Shown here piece by piece: positions 15,962 to 25,732 of a stretch of 62,279 bases of DNA. The notes beneath the pieces are model-generated. The model was not told the DNA's origin and did not search any database. It was given only the letters and a program-made list of their open reading frames with translations. Position 1 is the first letter of the stretch. The number at the start of each line of letters is the position of its first letter. Source of the DNA: Acidimicrobiales bacterium (GTDB lineage: Bacteria > Actinomycetota > Acidimicrobiia > Acidimicrobiales > DASWMK01); assembly GCA_036399815.1 (NCBI GenBank), contig DASWMK010000043.1:1-62279 (forward strand), in the 5' to 3' direction. The position numbers and the translations under genes were made by a program.

Positions 15962-18900
15962 GGTGCTCCCTTCGCCATCGACCGGGCGCCTCCCTGTTCG
16001 GACGCGGCGGCGACCGCGGCCGACAGCGCGGCCGCCGCGAGGTCGCGGGTCTCGGCGCTCTCCTCGGAGCCGTCCGCCGCCTCGGCGGCGAGGGCGAGCG
16101 CCCTGGCGCCGTCGCCGCCGTCCGCCTCCAGCAGGGCGAGCGCAGCGGCCGCGTGGCGCCACGCCGTCGTCGCCGGGCCGTCGCCCCGCAGCCCGACCGC
16201 CTCCTCGAGCAGGAGGCGGGCGTCGTCGGTCCCCTCCCCCACCGCCCGGGCCAGCGCGACGAGCGCCCGGACCTCGCTCTCCCGCTCCCCGCCACCGCCC
16301 CGCACGACGGCGAGCGCCGCCCTCGCCGCCCTGGCCGCCTCGTCCCGCTCGCCGGCGTCGGCCGCCACGGCGGCGATCTCGGCCAGGAGCCTCGCCTCCT
16401 CGGCGGCCGCCCCGACCCGCCTGGCCCGGTCGAGCCCGGCCGCCAGCCACCGCCGGGCCTCGGCCCGGTCGCCGGCCGCCCGGGCCACCGTCCCCTTGAG
16501 CCGCAGGGCGGCGGCCTCGCCCCACGGGTCGCCCAGCTCGGCGAACAGCCGGTCGGCGTCGTCGGCCCGTTGGCGGGCCTCGGCGAGGTCGCCGGCCTCG
16601 GCCGCGCTGGCGGCCAGCAGCAGCGAGCAGATCCCCTCGGCCCACGGGTCGCCCTGGGAGCGGGCCTGGGCCCGCAGGCTGGCGCCGATGTCGGCGGCCT
16701 GCGCCACCCGGCCCTCCTGGAGCAGGGTGAACCCGAGGATGGCGAGGCACCAGCCGATGCCGGCCGGGTCGCCCCGCTCGGCGAAGCGGCCGGCCGCCCG
16801 CCACAGGTGGCCCCTCGCGGCGGGCACCGAGCCGAGCTGGAACTCGCACCACCCGAGGGACTGGAGGGTCTCGGCCGTCTCCTCGCCGGCCGATCGCTCG
16901 AGGTCGAGGGCCCGGAGCAGCCGGGGCAGGGCGAACCGGGACCGGCCGGCCAGCACCTCGACCCAGCCCTGGAGGCGCAGGGTGGCGGCCTCGCCGAGCG
17001 GGTCGCCGATGGCCCGCCACCGGGCTTGGGCGTCCTCGAAGCGGGACCGGCTGCGGCCGACGTCGCCCCGCAGACGGTCGACGGCCCCGAGGCGGGCGAT
17101 GGCCTCGGCCGTCATCGGCCCGCCGTCGCCGTCCCTGGCCAGCACCTCCTCGAAGGCCGCTGCGGCGGCGTCGAGGCGGCGCAGCCCGACGAGCACGACG
17201 CCGTGCTCGAGCGCCACCCTGGCCGGGTGGGGGGCGTCGCGGCCGGCGGGCAGGGCGCCGAGGTCGCGCGCCCGCTGGTACCAGCCGTCCGCGTCCCGGA
17301 GGGCGTCCCTGGCGTGGGCGTCCCTGGCCGCCCGCACGAGGTGGTCGACGGCGGTGGCGGCCAACCCGTGGTCGGTGTGGCCGAGCTGGAGGTCGAGGGC
17401 GACGGCCCGCTCGTAGTGGTGGGCGACGAGGCCGAGCACCGCCGCCTCGCCCTCCGGCCCCCACCGGTTCCGGAGCCAGGCGGCCACCCTGGCGTGCTTG
17501 CGGGCCCGCTCGCCGAGGGGGACGGCCGCGTAGGCCACCTCGCTTGTGAGCCCGTGGCGGAAGGCGAGGTCGCCGGCCGGGTCGTCGGCGGCGTGAGGCT
17601 CGATGACGCCCCTCGTGACGAGGGCGTCGACCGTGCCGTCGACGTCGGCGTGGTCGTCGAGGGCGGCGACCGCCTCCCGCCAGAACGACCGGCCGACGAT
17701 CGCCGCGTCCTGGAGGAACCGGCGCTGGTGGAGGGGCAGGGCGTCGAGGCGGGCGCCGATCAGGGAGCGGACGCCGTCGGGCAAGCCGACGGTGGCGAGG
17801 TTGGTCGCCGCCAGCCACCGGCCACCCACCTCGGTGATGGCGCCGGTCTCCGACAGCCACCGCACGAGCTCCTCGAGCAGCAGCGGGTTGCCGCCGCCGG
17901 CGTCGAGGAGGCGGCGCTCGGCGGCGGGGCCGATGGCGCCCACCCCGGCCGGGTCGCCGGGCCCGGCGAGCAGGCCGTGGAGGAGGCGGGCGGCGGCCTC
18001 CCGGTCGAGCGGGGCGAGGGCGAGGGCGGGGCCGGGCCAGTCGGCGGCCGCCGGCAGCTCCCTGGCCAGGGCGACGGCCAGCAGCGGGCGGCCCGGCCCC
18101 CGGCCGGCCAGCTGGCGGAGGAGCCCGAGGACGGCGTCGTCGGCCCACTGGAGGTCGTCGAACACGACGAGCACGGGCCGGGTGGCGGCCAGCCCCTCGA
18201 GCACGATGCGGACGGCGCCCACCAGCTCGTCGGCCACCCTGGCCCGCGCCGGGAGCCCGCCGTCGGCCGCGCCCCGGCCCGGCTCGGCGAGGCCGAGAAG
18301 CTGGGCGATCCGCGCCGTCAGGACGGCGACGTCGGCGCCCACGGCCGCCGCCACCGGCCCGAGCCCCTCGGCCAGGCGGTGGTGCTGGGCCGGGCGCGGG
18401 TCGCCGGTCTCGACCCCGAACGCCGAGCGGACGAGGTCGGCCAGCGGGTCGAGCGCGCCGGCCCCGCCGTAGGGGTCGCAGCCGGCCCACAGCAGCTCGC
18501 ACTCGGGGCGCGACCGCCACAGGGTGATGGCGAGCTCGAGGGCGAGGCGGGTCTTGCCGAGCCCGGCCTCGCCGGTGACGGCGACGACGCCGGCCCGGCC
18601 CTCGGCGAAGGCCCGCTCGGCCTCGGCCGCCAGCACGGCCAGCTCGTCGTCCCGGCCGACGAGCGGCGCGCCGAGCCCGAGCGCGCCCCGGCCCGGGCCC
18701 CGGCGGGTGCCGACCGCGGCCCAGGCCCGCACCGGGGCCGACTTGCCCCGCAGGTGGTACGCGGGCCTCGCCTCGTAGGCGATGGCGTCGACGGTGGCCG
18801 CCCAGGTCCGCTCGCCCACCAGCACCTCGCCCGGCCGGGCCACCGACACCAGGCGGTGGGCCGTGTTCACGGTGTCGCCGGTGACCGTGTAGGCGCCGCC

Positions 18901-19347
18901 CGGCCCGACCGGCCCGGCCAGCACCTCGCCGGTGTTGATCCCGACCCGCAGGACGAGCCCCGGCCCGGGCGCCTCGAGGGCGGCGGCGAGGCCGAGCGCC
19001 GACCGCACGGCCCGCTCGGCGTCGTCCTCGTGGGCCACCGGCGCGCCGAACACGGCCATCAGCTCGTCGCCGATGATCTTGTCCACGTGGCCGCCGTGGC
19101 CCTCGACCACGGGGACGAGCGCGCCGAAGCACCGGTCCAGCAGCTCTTTGACGGCCTCCGGGTCGCGGCCCTCGGCCAGGGTGGTGAACCCGGCGAGGTC
19201 GGCGAACACGACCGTCACCACGCGGCGCTCCTCGACGGCGGCCCCGAGCGACGGCGCCGCCGCCGCCACGGCCGTGCCGCAGGCCGGGCAGAAGCGGGCG
19301 CCGTCCGGGAGCACCGACGAGCAGGACGGGCAGCGCACGCCCGTCAC
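15958..19347 (-). CDS. zinc-ribbon / class III adenylate(guanylate) cyclase / P-loop ATPase / TPR multidomain protein
   Basis: 1129 aa. Zinc ribbon CPSCSSVLPDGARFCPACG. Cyclase motifs VVFADLAGFT, IGDELMAVFG, INTGEV, GDTVNTAHRL. Walker A VTGEAGLGKTRLA. Long Ala/Leu/Arg-rich TPR-like C-terminus. Confidence 0.85.
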   Translation of the reverse strand: MTGVRCPSCSSVLPDGARFCPACGTAVAAAAPSLGAAVEERRVVTVVFADLAGFTTLAEGRDPEAVKELLDRCFGALVPVVEGHGGHVDKIIGDELMAVFGAPVAHEDDAERAVRSALGLAAALEAPGPGLVLRVGINTGEVLAGPVGPGGAYTVTGDTVNTAHRLVSVARPGEVLVGERTWAATVDAIAYEARPAYHLRGKSAPVRAWAAVGTRRGPGRGALGLGAPLVGRDDELAVLAAEAERAFAEGRAGVVAVTGEAGLGKTRLALELAITLWRSRPECELLWAGCDPYGGAGALDPLADLVRSAFGVETGDPRPAQHHRLAEGLGPVAAAVGADVAVLTARIAQLLGLAEPGRGAADGGLPARARVADELVGAVRIVLEGLAATRPVLVVFDDLQWADDAVLGLLRQLAGRGPGRPLLAVALARELPAAADWPGPALALAPLDREAAARLLHGLLAGPGDPAGVGAIGPAAERRLLDAGGGNPLLLEELVRWLSETGAITEVGGRWLAATNLATVGLPDGVRSLIGARLDALPLHQRRFLQDAAIVGRSFWREAVAALDDHADVDGTVDALVTRGVIEPHAADDPAGDLAFRHGLTSEVAYAAVPLGERARKHARVAAWLRNRWGPEGEAAVLGLVAHHYERAVALDLQLGHTDHGLAATAVDHLVRAARDAHARDALRDADGWYQRARDLGALPAGRDAPHPARVALEHGVVLVGLRRLDAAAAAFEEVLARDGDGGPMTAEAIARLGAVDRLRGDVGRSRSRFEDAQARWRAIGDPLGEAATLRLQGWVEVLAGRSRFALPRLLRALDLERSAGEETAETLQSLGWCEFQLGSVPAARGHLWRAAGRFAERGDPAGIGWCLAILGFTLLQEGRVAQAADIGASLRAQARSQGDPWAEGICSLLLAASAAEAGDLAEARQRADDADRLFAELGDPWGEAAALRLKGTVARAAGDRAEARRWLAAGLDRARRVGAAAEEARLLAEIAAVAADAGERDEAARAARAALAVVRGGGGERESEVRALVALARAVGEGTDDARLLLEEAVGLRGDGPATTAWRHAAAALALLEADGGDGARALALAAEAADGSEESAETRDLAAAALSAAVAAASEQGGARSMAKGAP

Positions 19348-19426
19348 CTACCACCCGGCGCCCGTCGCGCCCAAAGTTCCACCCCGACCCGGCCGCAGGC
19401 GGCGGGGCCGGCGGGTCAGGGACGGG

Positions 19427-19954
19427 TCAGACGCAGTCGGCGCAGAGCTGGTGCTCCCGGTCGGCGAGCTGGCTCGGGTGCTTCAGCAGGAAACAGGACT
19501 GGCAGACGAACTCGCCGGGGCGGCGGGGCAGGATCCGGTTGGCCGCCTCGCTGCGGTCCTCGGTGTCGACGGCCTCGTCCTCGTCGTCCTCGTCGTCGTC
19601 GGTGGCCGCGATGCGGTCCTTGAGGATGGTGTCCAGGTCGGCCTCGACGTCGTCGGGGTCGACCTCCTCCTCCTCGTCGTCCTCGGACTCCGTCTCGTCC
19701 TCGGCCGTCTTCGTGGCCGTGCGGGGGCGCGTCGCCGTCGCTGCCGCGGCGGGGTCCGCGACCTCGTCCTCCTCCTCGTCGAGCACCTCGTCGAGGGGGT
19801 CGGCGAGGTCGTCGCCGAAGTCCTCCTCGTCGACCAGGTCGGCCTCGAGGTCGTCCTCCTCGAAGTCGTCCTCGGCCGGCTCCTCCTCGGTGCTCTCGGC
19901 CTCGAAGTCGTCGTCCTCGAGCAGCTCGTCGTCAGCCATCGCTCCCTCGGCCAC
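19427..19954 (-). CDS. DUF4193-family acidic protein with C-terminal Cys cluster
   Basis: 175 aa. Extremely D/E-rich, ending FVCQSCFLLKHPSQLADREHQLCADCV, as in actinobacterial DUF4193. Confidence 0.75.
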   Translation of the reverse strand: MAEGAMADDELLEDDDFEAESTEEEPAEDDFEEDDLEADLVDEEDFGDDLADPLDEVLDEEEDEVADPAAAATATRPRTATKTAEDETESEDDEEEEVDPDDVEADLDTILKDRIAATDDDEDDEDEAVDTEDRSEAANRILPRRPGEFVCQSCFLLKHPSQLADREHQLCADCV

Positions 19955-20034
19955 CGCCTGACGCGACCCCGGCTGGTCGCGGGCGGGCAGCCTACTGACC
20001 GGCTACCCGATCGCAACCCGGCTCAGTCGGGCGC

Positions 20035-20679
20035 TCAGTCGTCCGAGGAGGGCTGGCCCTCGCCGCCCGCCGCCTGGGCGGCGACGCTGTCGAGGGGGGC
20101 CTGGAGGACCTTCACGTCGTAGACCATCCACGACCCACCGGAGCGCTGGAGCCCGAGGTCGAGGCGGAGCTCGTCGGCCTGGGGGGCGGGGAAGCGGTTG
20201 TTGGCGATGGTCTGGTCGACGACCGCGAACACCCGGCCCCGGTCGCCGGTGAAGTCCTGCACGTAGAGCGAGCGGATCTCGCCCCGGCTGGCCGCCTGCA
20301 CCTCCTTCAGGGCCGCCCGCACGTCGGACCCGAAGAAGCGGTCGGCCTCGGCGGCGAAGTCGCCGGTGGCGTAGCCCACGATGGCGTCGAAGTCCCGGTC
20401 GACGGTGGCCCCGTCGAAGTTCGTGAGGGCGACGAGGAAGTCGCGCGCCGTGCTGGCCATGCCGGCCCGGGCGGCGTCGTCGGCGCGCTCGCCGTTCCAG
20501 GCCCAGGCGAACCCGGCCGTGCCGACCAGGCCGAGGGCGGCCACGACGGCCAGCAGCGGCACCAGCAGGCGGCGCCGCCCGGGCCCGGACGGCGGGGCGA
20601 CGGCCGGCTCGGCGTCGTCGCGATCGGGGTCGACGGTGGGCTCGGGGTCGGCGGTGCGGTGGCGGACGGCGGCGGTCAC
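20035..20679 (-). CDS. Mce-associated membrane protein (Mas-like)
   Basis: 214 aa from GTG 20679 (GTGA overlap with the last mce gene). One TM helix, then a SnoaL-like domain (ARDFLVALTNFDGATVDRDFDAIVGYATGDF). Confidence 0.65.
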   Translation of the reverse strand: MTAAVRHRTADPEPTVDPDRDDAEPAVAPPSGPGRRRLLVPLLAVVAALGLVGTAGFAWAWNGERADDAARAGMASTARDFLVALTNFDGATVDRDFDAIVGYATGDFAAEADRFFGSDVRAALKEVQAASRGEIRSLYVQDFTGDRGRVFAVVDQTIANNRFPAPQADELRLDLGLQRSGGSWMVYDVKVLQAPLDSVAAQAAGGEGQPSSDD

Positions 20680-22019
20680 GGTTGCCTCCTGGTGCGGCGG
20701 ACGCCCGCCCGCCACCCACCGAACGGGAGGGCCAGCAGGGCGATGGCGCCGAGGACGACGAGCGGCACGCTCGTAGGGTTCGCCGTCCGGGTGTCGGATG
20801 CCTGCCGGGCCGAGGAGACGTCGGCGCCAGGGCCGTCGGCCGGGCCGGCGGCCGCCGCCGCCTCCTCCTGGCCGGGGGGATCGAGCTCGCCACCCTCGAG
20901 GGGCGGCACGGGGTCGACCTGGCTGGCCGCCGGCACGCCCGGCCCGAACTCGCTCACGCACGCCGCTCCCGGCTTGGTGTCGGGGGTCTGGCGCTTCGGC
21001 TCGTACGGGATGGCCGGGGGCTCGCCCGGCGGCACGAGGGTCCGCACCCGCAGCCAGGTCTGGTCGTTCCTGGCCGGGGCGCCGAGGCCGACGTCGATCG
21101 CCGGGCCCTCGGGCGCGATGAGGTCGACCGGGCCGAAGAACTGGCGGTTGAGGGCGAGGCTCTCGTCCAGGTCGGCCAGCTGGTCGCCGCTGTCCATGAA
21201 CGCCGACAGGTCGGCGAGGTCGGACAGGAGGCACCCCAGGTTGGGCAGCTCGGCGTCGAGGAAGGCGCCGGCCTGCTCGCCGAGGTCGGCGCCGCTCTGC
21301 ATCAGGTGGACGAGGTCGAAGCGGCGCTCGGCCAGCACCTCGGAGAGCACCCGCGTGTTGGCGAGGGCGGACCGCAGCTCGGGCCCGACGGCGGCGACGG
21401 CGTCGAGCACCGGAGGGGCGGCGGCCAGCAGGCGGCGGAAGTCGGCCTCGTTGGCCACCAGCTCCCGGTTGAACACGTCGGTGTTCGCCGTCAGCGAGCG
21501 GAGGTCGTCGGCCCGGTCCCGCACGGCCGTCGCCGCCTCGTGGACGACGGTGTTCAGGTCCTCGGTGGGGATGGCCTCGACGAGGTCGACGACCACCCGC
21601 AGCACGTCGCTCAGCTCGGGCGGGGTGTGGTCGGCGGCGGCGGGCACCTCGTCGCCGTCGCCGAGCGGCGGGGCGGTCCCGCCGGCCGTCGGGGTCAGCT
21701 CCAGGCGCTGCTCGCCGACGGCGCTGGCCCGCACCACGGTGGCCTCCACGTCGCCCGGGACGACGACGCCGTCGTCCAGGGCCACGGTCACCCGCACGCC
21801 GTCCTGGTCGAGCTCGATGTCGTCGACCACGCCGACGACCACCCCGTCGAGGTCCACGCTGAACCCCTCGCGGAGGCCGGAGGCGTCGCTCAGCACCGTG
21901 CTGATGCGGCGGGGGTCGTCGAGCGGGTTGCCGAGGAGGGTGAACGCCCCGTAGCCGATGAGCACGCCGGTGAGGACGAGGAAGGCGACCAGGTTGACGA
22001 TCACCCGGCGGCCGATCAT
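20676..22019 (-). CDS. MCE-family protein (6th, MceF-like)
   Basis: 447 aa. N-terminal TM helix plus MlaD/Mce domain (DASGLREGFSVDLDGVVVGVVDDIEL). Pro-rich C-terminal tail with a final TM helix. Confidence 0.85.
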   Translation of the reverse strand: MIGRRVIVNLVAFLVLTGVLIGYGAFTLLGNPLDDPRRISTVLSDASGLREGFSVDLDGVVVGVVDDIELDQDGVRVTVALDDGVVVPGDVEATVVRASAVGEQRLELTPTAGGTAPPLGDGDEVPAAADHTPPELSDVLRVVVDLVEAIPTEDLNTVVHEAATAVRDRADDLRSLTANTDVFNRELVANEADFRRLLAAAPPVLDAVAAVGPELRSALANTRVLSEVLAERRFDLVHLMQSGADLGEQAGAFLDAELPNLGCLLSDLADLSAFMDSGDQLADLDESLALNRQFFGPVDLIAPEGPAIDVGLGAPARNDQTWLRVRTLVPPGEPPAIPYEPKRQTPDTKPGAACVSEFGPGVPAASQVDPVPPLEGGELDPPGQEEAAAAAGPADGPGADVSSARQASDTRTANPTSVPLVVLGAIALLALPFGGWRAGVRRTRRQP

Positions 22020-23026
22020 CGCCCGTCCCCCTGGGCCGTCGGGACGTACGAGCAGCTGTTCAGCGGCGACGACGGGTCCTCGCCGCCGCCGGGGAGCCCG
22101 CAGATCACGAAGTCGTTCAGCACCTGCACGAAGTCGTCCTTCACGCCCCGCTCCAGCGCCTCGTTGTGGGCGGGCGTGAACTCGAGGAGGTCGCCGAGGG
22201 CCTGCTGCTCGGCGGCGAGGGCGCTCGTCACCGACCGCAGCCCGTCGATCTGGACGGCCATCTCGTCGAGGTGCTCGTCGAGGATGCTGCCGCCCTCGAC
22301 GGCCAGCCGGTTCAGCGACCGGATCAGGTCGAAGAGCCGGTCGTCCTGCTCGTCGAGGATCCGCGTGGTCTCGGCCAGGTGCTCGATGGAGGTGGCGTTG
22401 GCCTCGGCCGCCGGCCCGGTGGCGGCGGCCAGCTCGTCGATGGCGTCGATCAGCTGCTCGATCGTCCTGGTCCGACCGGCGTAGCCCTCGACCACGGTGC
22501 CGAGGTCGCCGAGCAGCTCGCGGAGCTGCTTGCCCTTGCCGCCGAACGCCTCTGCCCCCTCGTCGAGGAGGATGGCGATCTCCGAGGCGCTGAGCGCGGC
22601 GAACAGGTCGGTGCCCGAGGCGATCAGCTGCTCCACGTCCGGCACCACCTCGGTGCGGACGACGGTGGTCCCGTCGGCCAGGGCCTCGCCCTCGTCGACG
22701 TCGCCGAGCGGCCGCAGGTCGACGAACTTCTCGCCGAGCGGGGTCGTCCGCCGCACCCGGGCCTCGACGTTGGCCGGCACGTCGGCGTCCCGGTCCACCT
22801 CGAGGACGAGCTCGGCCCTGGTGCCGGTCCGGTCGAGGCGGATGTCGGTGACGTGGCCGACGAGCACGTCGGCGTAGTGGACGGGCGCGCCGTTGGCGAG
22901 GTCGGCGACGTCGTCGAAGGTGGCGTGGACGGTCACGGTGTCGCCGCCGCCGCCGACCATCCCGCAGGACGGCAGCAGCAGCGACGCGGCGACGACCAGG
23001 GCGGGCAGGCGCAGGCGAGGGCGCAC
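22016..23026 (-). CDS. MCE-family lipoprotein (5th, MceE-like)
   Basis: 336 aa. Lipobox LLLPSCG. Mce domain ANGAPVHYADVLVGHVTDIRL. Confidence 0.85.
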   Translation of the reverse strand: MRPRLRLPALVVAASLLLPSCGMVGGGGDTVTVHATFDDVADLANGAPVHYADVLVGHVTDIRLDRTGTRAELVLEVDRDADVPANVEARVRRTTPLGEKFVDLRPLGDVDEGEALADGTTVVRTEVVPDVEQLIASGTDLFAALSASEIAILLDEGAEAFGGKGKQLRELLGDLGTVVEGYAGRTRTIEQLIDAIDELAAATGPAAEANATSIEHLAETTRILDEQDDRLFDLIRSLNRLAVEGGSILDEHLDEMAVQIDGLRSVTSALAAEQQALGDLLEFTPAHNEALERGVKDDFVQVLNDFVICGLPGGGEDPSSPLNSCSYVPTAQGDGR

Positions 23027-23027
23027 G

Positions 23028-24515
23028 TCAGCCTCCTGGCAGCGGGGGGAGGAGGGTCTGGTCGAGCAGGTCCGACGGGTCGAGCGTCCCGGCGATCAGG
23101 TTGTCGACGGCCTCGGCGAGCTGGTCGGGGTCGACGGACCGCAGCGCGGCCAGCTGCTCGGGGGTCAGCCGGGCCAGGGCCTGGAGCTGGTCGGGGGTCA
23201 GCTCGTCGATGGCGTCGAGGAGCTCGGGGTCGAGCCCGTCGAGGGCGACCACCTGGTCGGGGCCGAGGAGGGAGCGGAGCAGGTCGAGGCCGCGGAGCAG
23301 GGCCTCGGCCGGCGGGACGGTGACGGGCGGCAGGGTGACGGCCGGCGCGCCGGGCACGGTCGGCGCGGGCGAGGCCGGGGGCGCGGCCGCCGGCGGGGCG
23401 GCCTCGGGGCCGGGCAGCTCGGGCGGGGGCGGCGGGCCGTTGCCGAGCAGGCCGAGGATCCGGTCGAAGAACCCCGACGTGGTGTCGCCGCACAGCAGCA
23501 GCTCGGCCGGGGCGGCGGCGCCCATGTTGGCGGCCAGGCGCCGGCAGATGCCGGCCAGCCGGTCCCGGATGCGGAACAGGTACAGCTGGCTGGTGACGGT
23601 CGGCTCGGTCTGGTTGTTGAGCGGCAGCCAGTTGTGGACCGGGTCGTAGGCCCGGCCGGCCGCCGCGAACAGCCGGGGGGTGGCCTCGAGCAGCCGGTCG
23701 AGGCTGTCGAGGTTGCGGACCAGGGTGCGGCCGACGGTGGTGAGGACCTCGACGTCGTCCTGGAGGGGCTCCCGGTGGCGGGTGAGCAGGTCGGCCAGCT
23801 CGACGGCGGCCCGGTCGAGCTCGGTGACGAACGCGTCGATCGAGCCCCGGTTCTCGGCCAGGGCCCCGGACAGCACGTCGTAGCTGCGGACGAGGGCCTG
23901 CACCACCTCGGTGCGGCTGCCGAGGGTCTCGGTGAGGTCGGCCAGCGAGTCGACGATCGAGCTCAGCTCGTCGCTCTTGTCGGCCAGGAGCTCGAAGGTG
24001 CCGGCGGCGTTCTCGATCAGCCGGTTGAGGCTCTCGCCCTGGCCCTCGAGCAGGCGGGCCAGGTTGGTGACCAGCTCGCTGGCGTTGGCCGGCTCGATGG
24101 CGCCCAGGTAGTCCTGGAGCCCGCGGAGCAGCTCGTCGATCTCGGCCGGCACCGACGTGCGCTCGACGGGGATGGTCGAGCCCGGCTCGAGGGTCGGGCC
24201 GCCGTCGTACACCGGCGCCAGCTGCACGTAGCGCTCGCCGAGGACGGAGACCGGGACGATCGTGGCCGTGGCGTCGGCGGGCAGGGTGGTGTCCTGGTCG
24301 ACGTCCATGGTCACGATCACCCGGTCCTCGACCGGCTCGACGTCGGTGATGCTGCCGACGTCGATGCCGAGCACCCGCACCGCCGCCCCGGGGTAGACGC
24401 CGACCGCCCTCGTGAACTCGGCCTTGACCCGGTAGTCGCCGCCGTTGTTGGCGCACGAGGCCAGCCCGCCGGCGGCCAGCGCGGCGGCGACGAGGAGGGC
24501 GAGCGGGCGCCTCAC
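23028..24515 (-). CDS. MCE-family lipoprotein (4th, MceD-like) with Pro-rich and PxQL-repeat tail
   Basis: 495 aa from GTG 24515 (GTGA overlap). Signal/lipobox LAAGGLASC. Mce domain GAAVRVLGIDVGSITDVE. The tail contains LTPDQLQALARLTPEQLAALRSVDPDQLAEA. Confidence 0.8.
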   Translation of the reverse strand: MRRPLALLVAAALAAGGLASCANNGGDYRVKAEFTRAVGVYPGAAVRVLGIDVGSITDVEPVEDRVIVTMDVDQDTTLPADATATIVPVSVLGERYVQLAPVYDGGPTLEPGSTIPVERTSVPAEIDELLRGLQDYLGAIEPANASELVTNLARLLEGQGESLNRLIENAAGTFELLADKSDELSSIVDSLADLTETLGSRTEVVQALVRSYDVLSGALAENRGSIDAFVTELDRAAVELADLLTRHREPLQDDVEVLTTVGRTLVRNLDSLDRLLEATPRLFAAAGRAYDPVHNWLPLNNQTEPTVTSQLYLFRIRDRLAGICRRLAANMGAAAPAELLLCGDTTSGFFDRILGLLGNGPPPPPELPGPEAAPPAAAPPASPAPTVPGAPAVTLPPVTVPPAEALLRGLDLLRSLLGPDQVVALDGLDPELLDAIDELTPDQLQALARLTPEQLAALRSVDPDQLAEAVDNLIAGTLDPSDLLDQTLLPPLPGG

Positions 24516-25732
24516 GGCCGCTCCCCCCCGAGCAGCGGGGCCATCAGCACGTCGAGGGACTGCTGGAGCTCGGTGCGGGGCGGGGCGGCGGCCGGGGCCG
24601 AGCCCGAGGCGCCGGCCGGCGGGTCGCCCGCCGGGTCGGCCGGGCCGGGGCCCGTGTCCTCGCCGGGCAGCGGGCCGGTGCGCTCCGAGCACGGCAGGGG
24701 GTCGGGGCCGAGGGCGAGGTCGAGGGCGTCGTCGACCAGCCCGCACGACCCGAAGAGGGCGTCGGGCCCGAGGGGGCCGATGAGCTGGGTGAAGATGTTG
24801 GCCCACTCGTTGGGGGTCTCCTCGGGGCCCGAGTAGCCGATCGAGGCGAAGCCCTCGACGGCGACCCCCAGGTAGGCGATCGACTCGGCCAGGTCGACCT
24901 GGTGGCGGCCGACGATCTGCAGGTCGGCGTGGAGCTCGTCGAGCACGGCGTCGAGGCGCTCGCGGTTGTCGCCCACGAGGTCGGCGGTGGCGCCGGCGGC
25001 CGCCGCGGTCGCGTCGAGCAGGCGGACCAGCTCGGTGCGGCGCTCGGCCAGCGAGCCGACGACGACGTTCAGGTTGTCGATGGCGTTCAGCAGGTCGGCG
25101 TCCCGCTCGGCGAGGGTCGACCCGAGCACGGCCGCCGAGTCGATGAGGCTGCGGGCCTCCGCCTGCCGCTCGTTGACCGCCGACGTCAGCCGGTCGAGCC
25201 CCTCGATGATCTGGCGGACCTGCTCGCGCTTGCCCTCGGTGACGTCGGACAAGCTGCGCATCAGGTCGTTCAGGGCCTGGCCGTCGCTCTCCTCGAGCAG
25301 CGGGGTGCCGACGTTCTGGAGGTCGAGCACCTCGGTCGGCGTCCTCGTGTCGGTGATTACGTCGCCGTCGGCGAGGGGGTGGGCCCAGTCGTCCCCCGTG
25401 GTGAGGCGCACGTACTTCTGGCCGAGCAGCGTCTCGACCACGATCGCCGCCCGGGTGTCGCCCGACAGCTCGACCCCCTCGTCGACCTCGAGCTCGACCT
25501 CGACCGCGCCGTCCTGCTGGTGGATGCCGCCGACCTCGCCGGACGGCACGCCCGCCACCCGCACCTTGTCGCCCGCCTTCAGGCCGGCCGTGTCCTCGAA
25601 GCGGGCGAGGACCGTGTAGCGGTGGGCGAACAGGCCGGCGTCGAGGGCGACGGCGGCCAGGGTGGCGCCGGCGATCAGGCTGACGACCACGATCCCGATG
25701 ACGACGGGGTTGCGCTCGGTGAAGGCCTTCAC
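24512..25732 (-). CDS. MCE-family protein (3rd, MceC-like)
   Basis: 406 aa from GTG 25732 (GTGA overlap). TM helix plus GLKAGDKVRVAGVPSGEVGGI. Confidence 0.85.
   Translation of the reverse strand: MKAFTERNPVVIGIVVVSLIAGATLAAVALDAGLFAHRYTVLARFEDTAGLKAGDKVRVAGVPSGEVGGIHQQDGAVEVELEVDEGVELSGDTRAAIVVETLLGQKYVRLTTGDDWAHPLADGDVITDTRTPTEVLDLQNVGTPLLEESDGQALNDLMRSLSDVTEGKREQVRQIIEGLDRLTSAVNERQAEARSLIDSAAVLGSTLAERDADLLNAIDNLNVVVGSLAERRTELVRLLDATAAAAGATADLVGDNRERLDAVLDELHADLQIVGRHQVDLAESIAYLGVAVEGFASIGYSGPEETPNEWANIFTQLIGPLGPDALFGSCGLVDDALDLALGPDPLPCSERTGPLPGEDTGPGPADPAGDPPAGASGSAPAAAPPRTELQQSLDVLMAPLLGGERP

Noticed and set aside
16153-19623. 1156-aa plus-strand ORF, together with the 1278-aa minus-strand ORF 15518..19354
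   Set aside because: - Both are alternative-frame or antisense reads over the cyclase-ATPase-TPR gene (15958..19347).
- Both have low-complexity Arg/Gly/Pro composition.
- The 1278-aa ORF is real only in its last 147 codons, which encode the USP (15518..15961).
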